Shown piece by piece: positions 47,765 through 47,822 of a stretch of 47,822 bases of DNA (position 1 is the stretch's first letter; every line of letters starts with the position of its first letter). A program made the translations under genes and the position numbers. A model generated the notes under the pieces. The model was not told the DNA's origin and ran no database searches. It saw nothing but the letters and a program-made list of their open reading frames with translations. Source of the stretch: Planctomycetota bacterium (lineage in GTDB: Bacteria > Planctomycetota > MHYJ01 > JACPRB01); NCBI GenBank assembly GCA_016190155.1, contig JACPRB010000064.1, positions 1 through 47,822 on the forward strand. The letters are read 5' to 3'.

Positions 47765-47822
47765 TTCCTTAGTAGAATTGTCGATGAATTTCTCGCTCGC
47801 ATCGACCTTTCCTTTAGTATGC

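Larger units (their letters stand above)
37104..47822. other. Lower-G+C accessory segment (putative horizontally acquired defence island, right border outside the window)
   Basis: Spot G+C counts on individual lines drop from about 65-70% to about 58-62%. AGA/AGG/AAA/ATT-type codons become more frequent. The gene content switches from housekeeping to helicase, nuclease and unknown proteins. No integrase or tRNA was seen. Confidence 0.5.

Noticed and set aside
37744-47822. Calling the helicase locus a canonical DISARM or Druantia type I/II/III system.
   Set aside because: No methyltransferase, PLD (DrmC), SNF2 (DrmD) or recognisable DruA (DUF4338) motifs are present in the window, and a Cas4-like nuclease is not part of those definitions. 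I kept only a Druantia/DISARM-like label. Genes beyond the right window edge could change this.

Overview
A 47.8-kb high-G+C bacterial chromosomal window. Genes are tightly packed and most junctions overlap (ATGA or GTGA). No rRNA, tRNA, CRISPR array, transposase or integrase was recognised.

Positions 1-37100 are mostly housekeeping and envelope genes:
- an ECF sigma factor with a LysM/beta-helix anti-sigma-like partner;
- a lipoprotein alpha/beta-hydrolase and a large GT-C-like membrane protein;
- a GDPD phosphodiesterase, Dus and Maf;
- a 12-gene, 11.5-kb minus-strand respiratory cluster: alternative complex III (actABCDEF), a small TM protein, SCO1 and a caa3-type cytochrome oxidase (subunits II, I, III, IV);
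- an orphan receiver protein and rfbFGH-like CDP-dideoxyhexose genes;
- an Unstab_antitox/ParE toxin-antitoxin pair;
- a TPR/HEAT protein with a histidine kinase and an OmpR-type regulator;
- a GT4 glycosyltransferase and a long acyl-CoA dehydrogenase;
- two tandem paralogous clan GH-A glycoside hydrolases that share an unusual Cys-containing C-terminal sorting signal;
- DoxX and a DUF6496-like small basic protein.

From about 37.1 kb to the window end, G+C is visibly lower. Spot counts on single 60-nt lines gave about 58-62% against about 65-70% upstream; this was not computed window-wide.

This right-hand region holds the most interesting locus, a translationally coupled minus-strand operon:
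- an unknown 711-aa protein with a roughly 270-aa acidic low-complexity N-terminus;
- an unknown 318-aa protein;
- a 1845-aa SF2 DExH helicase fused to a DUF1998-like zinc module (DruE-like, or a DrmA+DrmB-like fusion);
- a Cas4/RecB-type PD-(D/E)xK nuclease with a 1+3 Cys cluster;
- possibly one further small ORF.

The operon is bordered by an orphan ParB-like HTH gene. I propose it as a candidate non-canonical Druantia/DISARM-like defence system, or alternatively an MrfAB-like repair system.

All product calls rest on motifs read by eye from the translations. No database search was possible, and many start codons are inferred from overlaps and N-terminal features.
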